Below are positions 1 to 9,586 of a stretch of 64,000 nt of DNA, piece by piece. Under the pieces are notes generated by a model. That model searched no databases. It was not told the DNA's origin and saw nothing but the letters and a program-made list of their open reading frames with translations. The stretch covers positions 62,001 to 126,000 of the IMG/VR virus record IMGVR_UViG_3300041411_000178; one strand, given 5' to 3'. Each line of letters starts with the position of its first letter. Position 1 is the stretch's first letter. The translations under genes and the position numbers were made by a program.

Positions 1-399
1 GTGTTCTGGGAGAACAAGAACGCCCTGCCGTACCTCACCATGGATGTACCGTCTGATATCACGCCTGAAAAGCTGATCACAGAATTCCACACCTTCATTG
101 CAGCCCGTAAGCTCCCACCTTTCTCGCAGTTGCGTATCCGAGGTGGTAAAGCTGAGATCGTTAACCCGATCGTGGAAGTAATGAAGAAAGACTACCCCAT
201 GTTTGGGATCAAGGCTGAGAACGAAGTCGATAAAAGCGTCAGTGTTGACGAGACGTTGTTTGATGCTAAGGTCTACGAAGGGGTTTCATTAACGAAAGAG
301 AACTTAAACGATTCTCTCATGCCAGAAGTTGCTCCCAGGTTCTTGGAACTGGGGATTGACCTGGAAGAGGCGTTTGAGGTGTTGGAGGAGTTCAAATGA
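1..399 (+). CDS. 5'-truncated CDS, possibly the C-terminus of the SbcD/Mre11-like nuclease (phiKZ gp65 position)
   Basis: The ORF runs off the window edge. The call rests on its position upstream of the ChmC/gp68/PicA block; no catalytic motif is visible in this fragment. Confidence 0.4.
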   Translation: MFWENKNALPYLTMDVPSDITPEKLITEFHTFIAARKLPPFSQLRIRGGKAEIVNPIVEVMKKDYPMFGIKAENEVDKSVSVDETLFDAKVYEGVSLTKENLNDSLMPEVAPRFLELGIDLEEAFEVLEEFK

Positions 400-1190
400 G
401 AGCACTGGGTGCGTTAGGCATGTCGGTGGGAACTTCACTGGCATTAGAACTTGGCGGGGATGCAGTCCGATCGGCGGATACCCTGCTGTTTAATCTCAGG
501 ACTTTGATCCGTAACGCTCAGGCAGCTTACGAGAAGGATGATGCAGGAGCTGACGACGTCAAGCAACTGGTCAAGGATGTTGAAGAGGATTTGGTTAAGT
601 TAGGCCAGTATCTGGAACAGCTGCGTAAAGGCAAGCCTATTCAGATGGTGGTCTACTACCCGTCTTACCGCGGTCTGAAAAGCAAGTACAAACACGCTGA
701 CCTGACCGACTTCATCAACAACGGTACTGAGAAACAGAAGAAGTTTGCCAAGTTGACTAAAGACGTGGCAGAAGGGCTAATGGAGAAACATTCCAAGATC
801 CTCGTGAGCACAGATATCGGCATGCCTGATTTTAAGGGGAATGGCGTTGTCATGACTCACCACGTAGTCGACCTGGCAGATGCACGCGGTATTGGTCGCC
901 TCTTTCTTCTGGAATCTTACACGGGGGTATTAAAACCTTTCACGACTTGGTACACCAAACTGACTGGCGGGGAAGAACTGCACTACATGCCGTTTAACCA
1001 CCTCACCATTCAGATCTTCGGCGATCGCTCTACCAACTTTAAATCGTCTTCCAAGGCGATCAAGGATCTGGTGAAGAAGCTTGCCCTGGACAGTAACTGG
1101 ACGTCAGCCACGTCTATGAGTCGTGTAAGAAACAGTATCGCTGGAATGGACAATCCCGTTGACAAAGCCGGACTCTTGATGATGTTGTAA
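396..1190 (+). CDS. Conserved phiKZ-like hypothetical protein (gp66 position), possibly PIN/5'-nuclease-like fold
   Basis: 264 aa, with an ATGA overlap on the upstream stop. The fold guess comes only from the N-terminal LLFNLRTLIRNA strand-helix pattern. Confidence 0.45.
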   Translation: MRALGALGMSVGTSLALELGGDAVRSADTLLFNLRTLIRNAQAAYEKDDAGADDVKQLVKDVEEDLVKLGQYLEQLRKGKPIQMVVYYPSYRGLKSKYKHADLTDFINNGTEKQKKFAKLTKDVAEGLMEKHSKILVSTDIGMPDFKGNGVVMTHHVVDLADARGIGRLFLLESYTGVLKPFTTWYTKLTGGEELHYMPFNHLTIQIFGDRSTNFKSSSKAIKDLVKKLALDSNWTSATSMSRVRNSIAGMDNPVDKAGLLMML

Positions 1191-1201
1191 GGGAACAGAC
1201 C

Positions 1202-1435
1202 ATGCTCGAGAACACTATTCGCGATTTGACATCTGAAGTGGATAATCGCATCAGCAGTGCGCAATGTCATGATGTTGATACGGGGCCTTTGGAGGAAGCA
1301 CTGAAAATGCTGCACCTGATCCCTGAACTGTTTGAAAAGATCAAGCATGGTGAGCCGGGACATGAAGCGTGGCTTAAGGAAGCTATCGAATGTCATTTCC
1401 TCGGTAAACCCATGCCGGAGTACGTCGCCAAGTAA
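1202..1435 (+). CDS. Small hypothetical protein
   Basis: 77 aa, GGGA upstream of the ATG, co-oriented with its neighbours. Confidence 0.65.
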   Translation: MLENTIRDLTSEVDNRISSAQCHDVDTGPLEEALKMLHLIPELFEKIKHGEPGHEAWLKEAIECHFLGKPMPEYVAK

Positions 1436-1515
1436 CTCGTTTAATACCACTGAGTCGCCATTCATATAGACTCAAATCACCAATTTCCCAGTTTGAATAA
1501 AAAGGTAGAATCTCT

Positions 1516-2220
1516 ATGCAACCACAACGCAACGGCGCGCCCTCCGGTCAGAAGCGCAAGAAGACGTTCCTGAACGATTACCGTCAGGCACACCCATCCA
1601 CGGATGGTCCGATCAACGGTGGTAAGTACCCTGCTCAGCTGATGTTCGAGCAGAAGATCACCGGGCAGATCGTGTTGAAGATCAACGACGGCGTGTTCTC
1701 CGAAGGCAAGTCGACTCACAAAGAAGTCGAGCTCGATGCCTACGATCGCGGCCTGCTGTTCGAAGCCCTGAAAGACGCGGCTGATATCGCTGGTAACCCG
1801 AACTTCAAAGCGGCCAAGGTTGTACCGGCTCGTCACCAGTTCGTGTTTCAGGGCGGTTCGGGCCGTATGTCCGAGAAGCCAGTGGTGCAGTGCAACTTCA
1901 CCATCACCCGTGAAGACAACGGCGAGATCACCCTGGGTTACAGCAAGGGCGACTACAAGGCGCTGATCCGCTTCAAGGGTCCTCGCAGCATGAGCGTCAT
2001 GACCCGTACTCCAACCGGTGAAGTGGTTGAAGACAAAGGCATCATGTCCCGCTGGGCTGTGCGCCACTGGTGTGGCTTCATGAAGCCGGTGCTGGAACGT
2101 ATGGAACTGGAAGGCTGGGAACCACCGAAGCCTAAAGGTGACGCCGCTCCACGCAACAATGATTACAACAGCTCCAACGATTCGAGCAGCTCGACTGACT
2201 CCTTCGACGACGACTTCTAA
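1516..2220 (+). CDS. chmC: ChmC-like nucleus-associated nucleic-acid-binding protein (phiKZ gp67 position)
   Basis: 234 aa with a basic disordered N-terminus, a beta-rich core and an acidic low-complexity tail (NNDYNSSNDSSSSTDSFDDDF). It lies directly upstream of the gp68-like and PicA-like genes and has strong C-ending codon bias. Synteny-based call. Confidence 0.55.
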   Translation: MQPQRNGAPSGQKRKKTFLNDYRQAHPSTDGPINGGKYPAQLMFEQKITGQIVLKINDGVFSEGKSTHKEVELDAYDRGLLFEALKDAADIAGNPNFKAAKVVPARHQFVFQGGSGRMSEKPVVQCNFTITREDNGEITLGYSKGDYKALIRFKGPRSMSVMTRTPTGEVVEDKGIMSRWAVRHWCGFMKPVLERMELEGWEPPKPKGDAAPRNNDYNSSNDSSSSTDSFDDDF

Positions 2221-2237
2221 TCGTCCAAATGCTGATA

Positions 2238-2262
2238 AGAGCGGAGGGTAATCCTCCGTTCT
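2238..2262 (+). terminator. Hairpin terminator after chmC-like gene
   Basis: Stem AGAGCGGAGG/CCTCCGTTCT, followed by TATGGCTGC (2272-2280) and a T-run. Confidence 0.7.
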
Positions 2263-2321
2263 GCTTAACCCTATGGCTGCTAATTGTTTTTTTTTAAGTA
2301 ATTTCTCTATAGGCAAAAAGA

Positions 2322-2338
2322 TTTAAAACCTACATTAT
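2322..2338 (+). promoter_or_regulatory. Putative phage promoter motif TTTAAAACCTACATTAT
   Basis: Near-identical copies at 7346-7361 and 52697-52713, each in an AT-rich gap upstream of non-virion genes. Resembles phiKZ early (TATATTAC) and middle (AAanntTAC) elements. Confidence 0.55.
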
Positions 2339-2375
2339 TCCCTGGTAGACGACATTACTGTTTGGAGTTAGTAAC

Positions 2376-3935
2376 ATGCTTGAGCTTGCGATACGCCGAA
2401 CCTCCAGCAAGAAGTTCGAAGGGATTCTGATTACGTTCAACGATCAGATTATTAAGTTCAACGGCGAAGCGGCCATTAAACTGGAACGCACGATCAAGGA
2501 TCGCAGCGAAGCCACCTACAACCTGTTCGATTGCTTCAATGATTACATTGAAGGCACCATGGACCACGATCAGCAGAAGTATCTGTTCGATCTGTACAAC
2601 AAAGCTTACACCATTGTTGAGAGCGGTAAGTTCCAGGATTACAACGACGACCTGGCCCAAATCAAACCCATCACTGATGAGATCCTCGACTTCATCAACG
2701 TGCCGAAGTACTGCTCGTTCATCCATTACTCCAAGTACATGAAGATCCCCAAAGATCTGAGTGAAGCAGCGAGCAAGGGTGACTATCCAGAACAAACCAC
2801 CATCCGTGACCACGACTACGTCGAGCAGGTTAAGTTGGCGTTTGTGGCACGGACTATCTATCCAATCGTCTTCGGTCTGCAAGCACGATTCGAAGTGTTC
2901 ATGGGCAGTGGTGGTTTCAGCGATCTGGCCTGCGGTAACCTGATCAAGGATAACCCGTGGATCACACAACTGCCGGGTTGGCACAAACTGACCGGTTACG
3001 TCAAGTTCGCGTTTGACAAGCGTGGTATTCCTACCCAGCCTGACAGTGTCACCAGTGTTGAGAACTTTGTTGATAAAGTACTTTTTAACACGGTGTTCAA
3101 TCGTCTATGCTGTGCGGCTATTCCGGAAACGGAAGAAGGCAAGAACATTGCCACTGCTATTAACGCCTCGGTTAAGCAGCACGAGTCGTTGGGTGGTAAC
3201 TTCACGCAACGGGATTATCCAAGCGAGTCGGATGACGACAAGCGCTCGATGCTGGACAAGCACCAGATCAGTGAGGAAGTGCGCTCGACAGATGACACCG
3301 TATCGGCTGAGTTCTTCAGCTTTACGTTGTTTGACGAAGAAGACAATCCTCGTTACAAAGATCGCTTCAAGTACACCTGTGCGGCATTGGGTGTGCAGAA
3401 CGTTGAGCTGGTCGAGAAGATCTACGACAACCTGTCGCCACACTGGGACTTCGAGTTGGAAGATCACATCCTCAAGCTCCTGCAACTGACGTTTGCTTTT
3501 GAGGTGTCTCCATTTACCTTTGAAGCAGCCGGCTATGATCAACTGATGGCAGCGATCTGCATTGCGCAGGTACGACTGCATGAGCAAGGTTACAAGTACT
3601 TGCCGTCGGTGATTGGTGCGATCAAGGATCCGAATGGTGAACTGTCGCTACCAGATGGATTCAACCTGAGCGAAGAAGATCGTCAGTTCATGTCGTCCAT
3701 CTGTGAGATTCAAAACCGTAACAACGAAGGCCGCTCGTTTAACGAAGCAGTCGTCGCCGCCCAATCGTTCCTTGATAAGTTCGGTCGTGGCGTCTGGCAG
3801 TCCAATTTGGAATATGGGGTATTGGATACGCCAGAGACTTATGCATTGGTGGGTCAGGGCAAACTCTTTGCTCTGGAAATCAGCATTGAAGTCAAGAACG
3901 AATTCATGGCGTTGAACCGTAAAGTAAACGCCTAA
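2376..3935 (+). CDS. Non-virion RNA polymerase promoter-specificity subunit (phiKZ gp68-like)
   Basis: 519 aa. Size and position two genes upstream of the nvRNAP beta/beta' pair match phiKZ gp68. Confidence 0.7.
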   Translation: MLELAIRRTSSKKFEGILITFNDQIIKFNGEAAIKLERTIKDRSEATYNLFDCFNDYIEGTMDHDQQKYLFDLYNKAYTIVESGKFQDYNDDLAQIKPITDEILDFINVPKYCSFIHYSKYMKIPKDLSEAASKGDYPEQTTIRDHDYVEQVKLAFVARTIYPIVFGLQARFEVFMGSGGFSDLACGNLIKDNPWITQLPGWHKLTGYVKFAFDKRGIPTQPDSVTSVENFVDKVLFNTVFNRLCCAAIPETEEGKNIATAINASVKQHESLGGNFTQRDYPSESDDDKRSMLDKHQISEEVRSTDDTVSAEFFSFTLFDEEDNPRYKDRFKYTCAALGVQNVELVEKIYDNLSPHWDFELEDHILKLLQLTFAFEVSPFTFEAAGYDQLMAAICIAQVRLHEQGYKYLPSVIGAIKDPNGELSLPDGFNLSEEDRQFMSSICEIQNRNNEGRSFNEAVVAAQSFLDKFGRGVWQSNLEYGVLDTPETYALVGQGKLFALEISIEVKNEFMALNRKVNA

Positions 3936-3966
3936 GCAACTGAACTATCTTCGAGGTTAAAGCAAC

Positions 3967-5403
3967 ATGGCAGAAATTACGCTGATCAAAGCAATCTTCG
4001 GTATGGGTAACATGAACCATACCCACGTCCATCGGCACAACATCCTGGACATGTCGACGATGAACATCGACACCATCAAGATGGAGCAGCATCAAGGTGG
4101 TGTAACCCCTAACACACTGAATGCCATTGCTGCTCAGTCGGGCGGTCTGACCACGCGTCCATCCGGTGCGGTCAACATCGAAGATGACTGGAACATCCGT
4201 CGCGGTCTGGGGATGTTTACTTTCCTCATTACCAGCAACTCGGTTGAACAAGCCGAACTCGCAGTACTGGGTTACATGACCGGCGGTCAAGCCAGCCATG
4301 AAGGTATCGAACCTCAGACCATGTTCGTGCCGGTGCGTTGCTGGGATACCCGCACTACGCAGAAGTTCGACAACATGGGTCTGCCAATGGCGTCGACTGT
4401 TATTGCGTCGTCTCACCAGTTCCTGATGGGTGACCCAACCGGCCGTGACGAACTGAAGTCGGTACGTCCGCTGGACATGGCGCAAGAAGTGCTGGGCTAC
4501 ATGGCCAGTTCTGCGGATGGCATGCAAGATGGCTTTGACGGCATCCTGGCGGCTGACCTGCGTCAGAACGTAGTCATGTCCAAGACTGACAACCTCAACC
4601 CAACACACCACGCTCGTGAGCTGTTGAAGATTGCGGCAGCCACTACCACCGAAGGCCAGTACACCGGTATCGCAAATGCCATCGGTGATGCAATGGTCGG
4701 TCCTGGTATTGGTGAAGCACCTCTGACCAGCAACGAGTTCTTCAAAACCATGATGGCGGCAGGTGGTAGCTTCTCCATGAGCAACTTCATGGGCTGGAGC
4801 ATGGCGGAGATCAACTCGGTCTTCACCAACCTGCCAGACGTGATGAACATCACGCTGCTTAACCCAAGCGCCACGGTAGCTGTTGACAACACGCTGATCT
4901 CTCACGAGCACGGCGGTGCCAACAGCTTTGAAACCATCGCGGCTGAGCTGGCTTACCTGACGGTTCACATGCTGATCCGTTGCGGCCTGACTCACCTGGT
5001 GTTCTCTGCAACCAACAACCCACATCACTTCAGCGGTCTGGAAGGTTCGGACTCGGGTGTGGAAGTGGTGACTGGTACGTTCGGTTCGGTACTCGACCAC
5101 GACGAACACGCGATCAATCGGGTAGAACGCTTCAAGGAAATGCTGCGGGGCTTGTTCTTCAGCAAGTACTCGACGCAGTTCGTTCACACCTCGACGATCA
5201 TCAGCGTTCAGGTCAGCTGCCACCTGTTCGGTGAAACCGACGTGACGGTGTTCTTCAACGGGGAGGAAGGTCTCCAACGGAAGTACACCAATGCTACGTA
5301 CGCGGTTAACCGGACCAGTACCAACATCACCAACAGCCAAGACGGTCTGAATGAGGCTCAAAACTTCATGACGAACATCACCGAATACTTCACAAAGAAC
5401 TAA
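3967..5403 (+). CDS. picA: PicA/Imp1-like phage-nucleus protein import factor (phiKZ gp69 position)
   Basis: 478 aa, directly after the gp68-like gene as in the Chimalliviridae core block. Synteny-based. Confidence 0.6.
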   Translation: MAEITLIKAIFGMGNMNHTHVHRHNILDMSTMNIDTIKMEQHQGGVTPNTLNAIAAQSGGLTTRPSGAVNIEDDWNIRRGLGMFTFLITSNSVEQAELAVLGYMTGGQASHEGIEPQTMFVPVRCWDTRTTQKFDNMGLPMASTVIASSHQFLMGDPTGRDELKSVRPLDMAQEVLGYMASSADGMQDGFDGILAADLRQNVVMSKTDNLNPTHHARELLKIAAATTTEGQYTGIANAIGDAMVGPGIGEAPLTSNEFFKTMMAAGGSFSMSNFMGWSMAEINSVFTNLPDVMNITLLNPSATVAVDNTLISHEHGGANSFETIAAELAYLTVHMLIRCGLTHLVFSATNNPHHFSGLEGSDSGVEVVTGTFGSVLDHDEHAINRVERFKEMLRGLFFSKYSTQFVHTSTIISVQVSCHLFGETDVTVFFNGEEGLQRKYTNATYAVNRTSTNITNSQDGLNEAQNFMTNITEYFTKN

Positions 5404-5412
5404 GGACCTGCC

Positions 5413-6885
5413 ATGAATGAATTGAACAAGTTGTACAAAGCCATGTTGATGTCATGGGGTTCCGTAATCAAAGATGACGCCCGTATTGTGGTGTCCATCA
5501 ATGGTGACGAGATTCCGGTCCGCATCGACGACATGGACATGCACCTGCCGCTGTCCGAAGTCCTCGACGGCAATTGCATCGACAAGGTGTTCTTCCATCC
5601 GGCCTGCGAAAACGTGACCTCCAAGGAAACTGAAGTGTTCAAGGTGATTCGTCGCCTGTCCACCCTCAAGCTCCTGACCACGTTCACCGAGTACGTGCCG
5701 ATCATGTTCGGCGTGGCGAGCAAGACCACCAAGCAAGCCTGGCGTCAGAACATCCTCGACATGCTCGAGCCTCTGAAGTCGGCCAAGCGTACCTTCCGTG
5801 ATGAGCTGAAGAAACTGTTCAGCCAGATGCAAGTGGAAGTCAACGACAACGGCGTCGACAACCGTTTCCTGCACATCAAGGTCACCAAGGGTGGTGGTCG
5901 TGGCAAGAGCGGTGAGAAGGTCTACTACAAAGCCAAGCCGGTGTTCCCGTTCTACAACGAGATCATCAAGCGTCTGGCTCGCTCCGAAGGTCAGTCTGAC
6001 AACCAGACGGTTGAACTGAACGGCTTCAGCGTATCGATCGGCGCACTGAAGTTGGCGGCTCACCTGTTCCAGCAGATCCTGCCAATCGTGGAATCGCCGG
6101 ACGATCTGGAAATCGAATCGACCAGTCAAGTCGGCGCGCGTCTGTGTGCATACCTGGGTTGCTACTACGAGTTGGCTGAACAGCTGAACCGTATCCAGAA
6201 CACCTTCCGTGCAGACTTCGACAAGGCCGGTGTCTACCCAATCGACACCAACTGGTACGAACACCTGGAAGAGCTGCCGGAAATCTACCGTCAGGTGCCT
6301 ACGCTGGATTACAACAGCCACAACACCCAGGACGAAGAAGTCCAGCAGACCACCAACCAGCGCAACAACACCAACCTGTTCTCGGTCAGCGGCAATCGCA
6401 ACCAGAACAATAACAACAACCAAAACAACAACAGCAATAACAACAACAATAACGGCGGTAATAACAATAACCGTGCGAATGTTGTTGGCGGTAATGACGG
6501 TAGCTTCGACACCACCGTTCCAGCAATGGAATATGGCGACAACTACGTCAAGACCGAAATCGATTACATGAACGGCCACGTGATGCACTACGCCGTGAAC
6601 AACAATGGCAACCAGGTCATCTACCAGTGCACCCGCCACGGTAACCTGCTGCGTCGTATCGAAAGCAGCATGATGAACAACATGGGCGCCATGAACATGA
6701 TGGGCATGGGCGGTATGGGTGGCATGGGCGGTAACATGATGGGTGGTCAGCAATTGGCCAACGGCATGATCCTGCTGCCTAACGGTATGACCGTAATGCC
6801 GCAACAACTGCAACAAATGATGCGCCCAAGCACAAGCCAAGGCGCACCGGCTGGCACGTCGGACTATTCGGTTTCGACTTTCTAA
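5413..6885 (+). CDS. Conserved protein (phiKZ gp70 position) with N/Q- and G/M-rich low-complexity C-terminal half
   Basis: 490 aa, GGA upstream of the ATG. Globular N-terminal region, then poly-Asn and GMGG repeats. Confidence 0.7.
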   Translation: MNELNKLYKAMLMSWGSVIKDDARIVVSINGDEIPVRIDDMDMHLPLSEVLDGNCIDKVFFHPACENVTSKETEVFKVIRRLSTLKLLTTFTEYVPIMFGVASKTTKQAWRQNILDMLEPLKSAKRTFRDELKKLFSQMQVEVNDNGVDNRFLHIKVTKGGGRGKSGEKVYYKAKPVFPFYNEIIKRLARSEGQSDNQTVELNGFSVSIGALKLAAHLFQQILPIVESPDDLEIESTSQVGARLCAYLGCYYELAEQLNRIQNTFRADFDKAGVYPIDTNWYEHLEELPEIYRQVPTLDYNSHNTQDEEVQQTTNQRNNTNLFSVSGNRNQNNNNNQNNNSNNNNNNGGNNNNRANVVGGNDGSFDTTVPAMEYGDNYVKTEIDYMNGHVMHYAVNNNGNQVIYQCTRHGNLLRRIESSMMNNMGAMNMMGMGGMGGMGGNMMGGQQLANGMILLPNGMTVMPQQLQQMMRPSTSQGAPAGTSDYSVSTF

Positions 6886-6898
6886 GCAGCCATAAGGC

Positions 6899-6928
6899 TA
6901 GCAGGCTGGGGAATTCCCCAGCCTGCTA
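6899..6928. terminator. Bidirectional terminator (perfect 30-bp palindrome) between convergent genes
   Basis: TAGCAGGCTGGGGAATTCCCCAGCCTGCTA, with a T-rich tract on the right and GCAGCCATAA (6886-6895) on the left. Confidence 0.8.
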
Positions 6929-6940
6929 TACCTTTCTTTT

Positions 6941-7270
6941 TTAGGCTTTAACGGTATTACTGCGGGATATGGCTTTGTTCAAATCGCTCTCGTTGATCAT
7001 CTGAAACGAATGCATCTCAGACACATCCTGGTTGGGATCAGAGATGTCGTTGATAAATGCAGTGGCCCAACGCAAGTGAGCCGGGATGTTCATGACACGC
7101 ATCACCCGATAGAAGTCGTTACGGAATGCGTAGAGCATCGCTCGGTCCACAATGGGCATCAACTGAGAACCGCGCAGCAGGATTTCTTTTTCAGAACGAA
7201 CCAAAGTCTTGAAGGCTTCGGTGTAGTAAATGTCTTTACCGTTATCCGATTCGTTGTTTGGAATTGGCAT
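6941..7270 (-). CDS. Small protein, possibly T4 gp53/LysM-like baseplate component
   Basis: Start placed at MPIPNN because GGAGAGGA lies upstream. The segment LRWATAFINDISDP resembles the W-x4-5-N-x-I-x-DP pattern of gp53-like proteins. Confidence 0.5.
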   Translation of the reverse strand: MPIPNNESDNGKDIYYTEAFKTLVRSEKEILLRGSQLMPIVDRAMLYAFRNDFYRVMRVMNIPAHLRWATAFINDISDPNQDVSEMHSFQMINESDLNKAISRSNTVKA

Positions 7271-7345
7271 TGTCCTCTCCAAGCTAATTGTTAACTGGCG
7301 GCCCTATCCTTTATTGCTATAAGCGATATGGCAACCCTAATAAAA

Positions 7346-7361
7346 CTTAAACCTATATCAT
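7346..7361 (+). promoter_or_regulatory. Putative phage promoter motif CTTAAACCTATATCAT
   Basis: Variant of the 2322 and 52697 motif, upstream of the RNAP beta gene. Confidence 0.5.
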
Positions 7362-7408
7362 CCTTTTGAGTAGGTAGTACAAAGTTTAAGATAATAGGAG
7401 AAAGCATT

Positions 7409-9586
7409 GTGAGTGATAAGAGTAAAGATTCTCCTGATGAGGTCAAAGTTCCCGAAGTGGGACTCGGCCGATTTAAGAAGTGGGCTTACCTAGGCGAGAA
7501 CCAACTGCATCCGGCTGTAATGGGTGTTTGTGCAAACCTGGTAGTGTTCCCATGGGTATCGTCACCTACCCGTATTTACATGGTAGGCAACATGATCCCG
7601 AAGTCTGTTGTGACTTCGGGTGCAAGTGAGCGTAAACTTAAATCTGGCAACGAATACCAATATGCCAAACGCGCTCGCTGTGTTGAAGCTCCATCCAACA
7701 TGACGATTGAGGAAATCTTCTACGCCCAAGCTGTTAACGGAGGAGAAGGCGACACTGACAAATGGGCGCCGGTGTATGTGGTGTTCCGCAACGAGGAGAA
7801 GGGCAAGTACGATATCATGGAGTTTCCACGGTATAACGTACAAAACTCCTACGTTGGCTTTGAATATGTGTATGACATGAATGTCATGCGCAAGCTGAAG
7901 AAAGGTGCAACGTTCCCTAAAGGTACGATCTTTGCCAAATCCCCACGCATCAGTAAAGATGGCGAATGGATGTTTGGTATGGACCTCAAGGTAGCGCCGG
8001 CATCGTTCCACTATACCGAGGAGGACGGCATCGGCATTACCGAGAGCTGTGCTCGTGATAAGCTGCGTTGCATGTTTGAACATGTACGCGCTCACGGTTG
8101 GAACGAAGACGAGTGGGTTCCGCTGACGCTGTACGGAGATAGCCCATTCCCGCAAAGTGGTGAACGTATTCGTGAAGATGGCATTGTGATGGGTTTCCGT
8201 CGTCGTGTCTCTGCGAACGCGTTGGTGTCGCTCACCAAGAAAGCTTTGACCATTCCAGACGAGACACACGACATCCTGTTCAGGGCACCGGTGGACTCTG
8301 AGGTCATGTCGGTTGAAGTGATCAGTGAGCGCATGAAGAACAAGTCGAATAACCGTTCGACTGATTATATCAAACAGGCCCACACGAACATGCTGGAACG
8401 CTACGAGCGTCGCCAGAACGACATGTGGAACGAGGTGATCCGTTGGCACAGTGGTCGTGTATCGGCTAACCGTGGTAACCCAATCGCCATGACCCGTCCT
8501 TTGAATCGGTTTATCCGCTTCGCTAAGGGCAACTACACCATCAATGCGAATACCGGTAAACCCAACCCGCTGTTCCGTGCTGTGAAGCGTGTACGTGTTA
8601 AAGACTGGAGCATTACGATCCGGTTGCGTGAAATCGTTTCGGGCCGTGCAAAGTTCAAGATGTCGGGTATGAACGGCGACAAGGGTGTAATCGTTCGGAT
8701 CATCCCAGACGAAGATGCTCCGCGTTATGACGATGGTACTGTGTGTGACGTTGTGGTTAACAACACACCAGCCTTCCGTCGTCAGATCTTCTCGATGCTG
8801 ATGGAACAGTCGATCAACTTTATCAACGTCAACGTCCACAAGGAAGTTGTCAAGTTGCATAAGGAAGGCGACTACATTGGTGCCATGGAAAAACTGATGC
8901 TGTTCTACGAGACTGGGTTCCCAGAGTTCGCAGAGCTGGTACAGCAGACCATGGTGACCCGTGAGGACATCGTCGAGTACGTCAACGACATCGCGGCTAC
9001 GCAGATCAGTGTGCATGTGCGTAGCGACACCAAGCTCTACGGCGTTGAGATCATCAAAGCCCTGCGTAAGGTGTACAGCTACAAGCCTGAGCAAATCACT
9101 TTCCGAGATTCCCTCGGCGAGATGGTTCGGTCTGTCAACCCAGTACTGATCACGAACCAGCACTTCATGCTGTTGGACAAGTTCGGTACTGACATGTCGG
9201 CTCAGTCGCTGCCAATGTCTAACCCGTTCGGTATGCCAGCCAAACTTAACGAGGCCAACAAGTATTCCAGTTGGCTGCGGATGGTCTGGAACCGGAACAA
9301 GGGTGAAACAGAAGCACGGCTTACATTGAGCCAGGCAGGTGCTAAAGAAACGGTCAAGCAATTGGCCATGGGGTATGCACCTGAACTCCGTACGCGGATG
9401 GCACAGCGTGTGGTGCGGGCTGAGGATGGGTTTAACATCAACCAGATCATCAAGCCTGACGAGTATGGGTTAAACCGAGCAGTACAAATGTCGCAGAGCA
9501 TGCTCAGTGACTCCGGCTACACCCTGCGTCGTGAACTACCGTCTGACCGTTCAGATTATGAACCGCCTGTTAAGGAGTCCCTGTAA
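7409..9586 (+). CDS. rpoB: Non-virion RNA polymerase beta subunit, C-terminal part (phiKZ gp71-73-like)
   Basis: 725 aa, GTG start with GGAG upstream. KFKMSGMNGDKGVIVRIIPDEDAP matches the beta GDK...GxKG...P motif, and the C-terminal GETEAR matches GEME. Confidence 0.9.
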   Translation: MSDKSKDSPDEVKVPEVGLGRFKKWAYLGENQLHPAVMGVCANLVVFPWVSSPTRIYMVGNMIPKSVVTSGASERKLKSGNEYQYAKRARCVEAPSNMTIEEIFYAQAVNGGEGDTDKWAPVYVVFRNEEKGKYDIMEFPRYNVQNSYVGFEYVYDMNVMRKLKKGATFPKGTIFAKSPRISKDGEWMFGMDLKVAPASFHYTEEDGIGITESCARDKLRCMFEHVRAHGWNEDEWVPLTLYGDSPFPQSGERIREDGIVMGFRRRVSANALVSLTKKALTIPDETHDILFRAPVDSEVMSVEVISERMKNKSNNRSTDYIKQAHTNMLERYERRQNDMWNEVIRWHSGRVSANRGNPIAMTRPLNRFIRFAKGNYTINANTGKPNPLFRAVKRVRVKDWSITIRLREIVSGRAKFKMSGMNGDKGVIVRIIPDEDAPRYDDGTVCDVVVNNTPAFRRQIFSMLMEQSINFINVNVHKEVVKLHKEGDYIGAMEKLMLFYETGFPEFAELVQQTMVTREDIVEYVNDIAATQISVHVRSDTKLYGVEIIKALRKVYSYKPEQITFRDSLGEMVRSVNPVLITNQHFMLLDKFGTDMSAQSLPMSNPFGMPAKLNEANKYSSWLRMVWNRNKGETEARLTLSQAGAKETVKQLAMGYAPELRTRMAQRVVRAEDGFNINQIIKPDEYGLNRAVQMSQSMLSDSGYTLRRELPSDRSDYEPPVKESL

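Noticed and set aside
6361-6480. AAC/AAT tandem repeats as a microsatellite or CRISPR-like array
   Set aside because: In-frame Asn codons with synonymous variation and no repeat-spacer structure.
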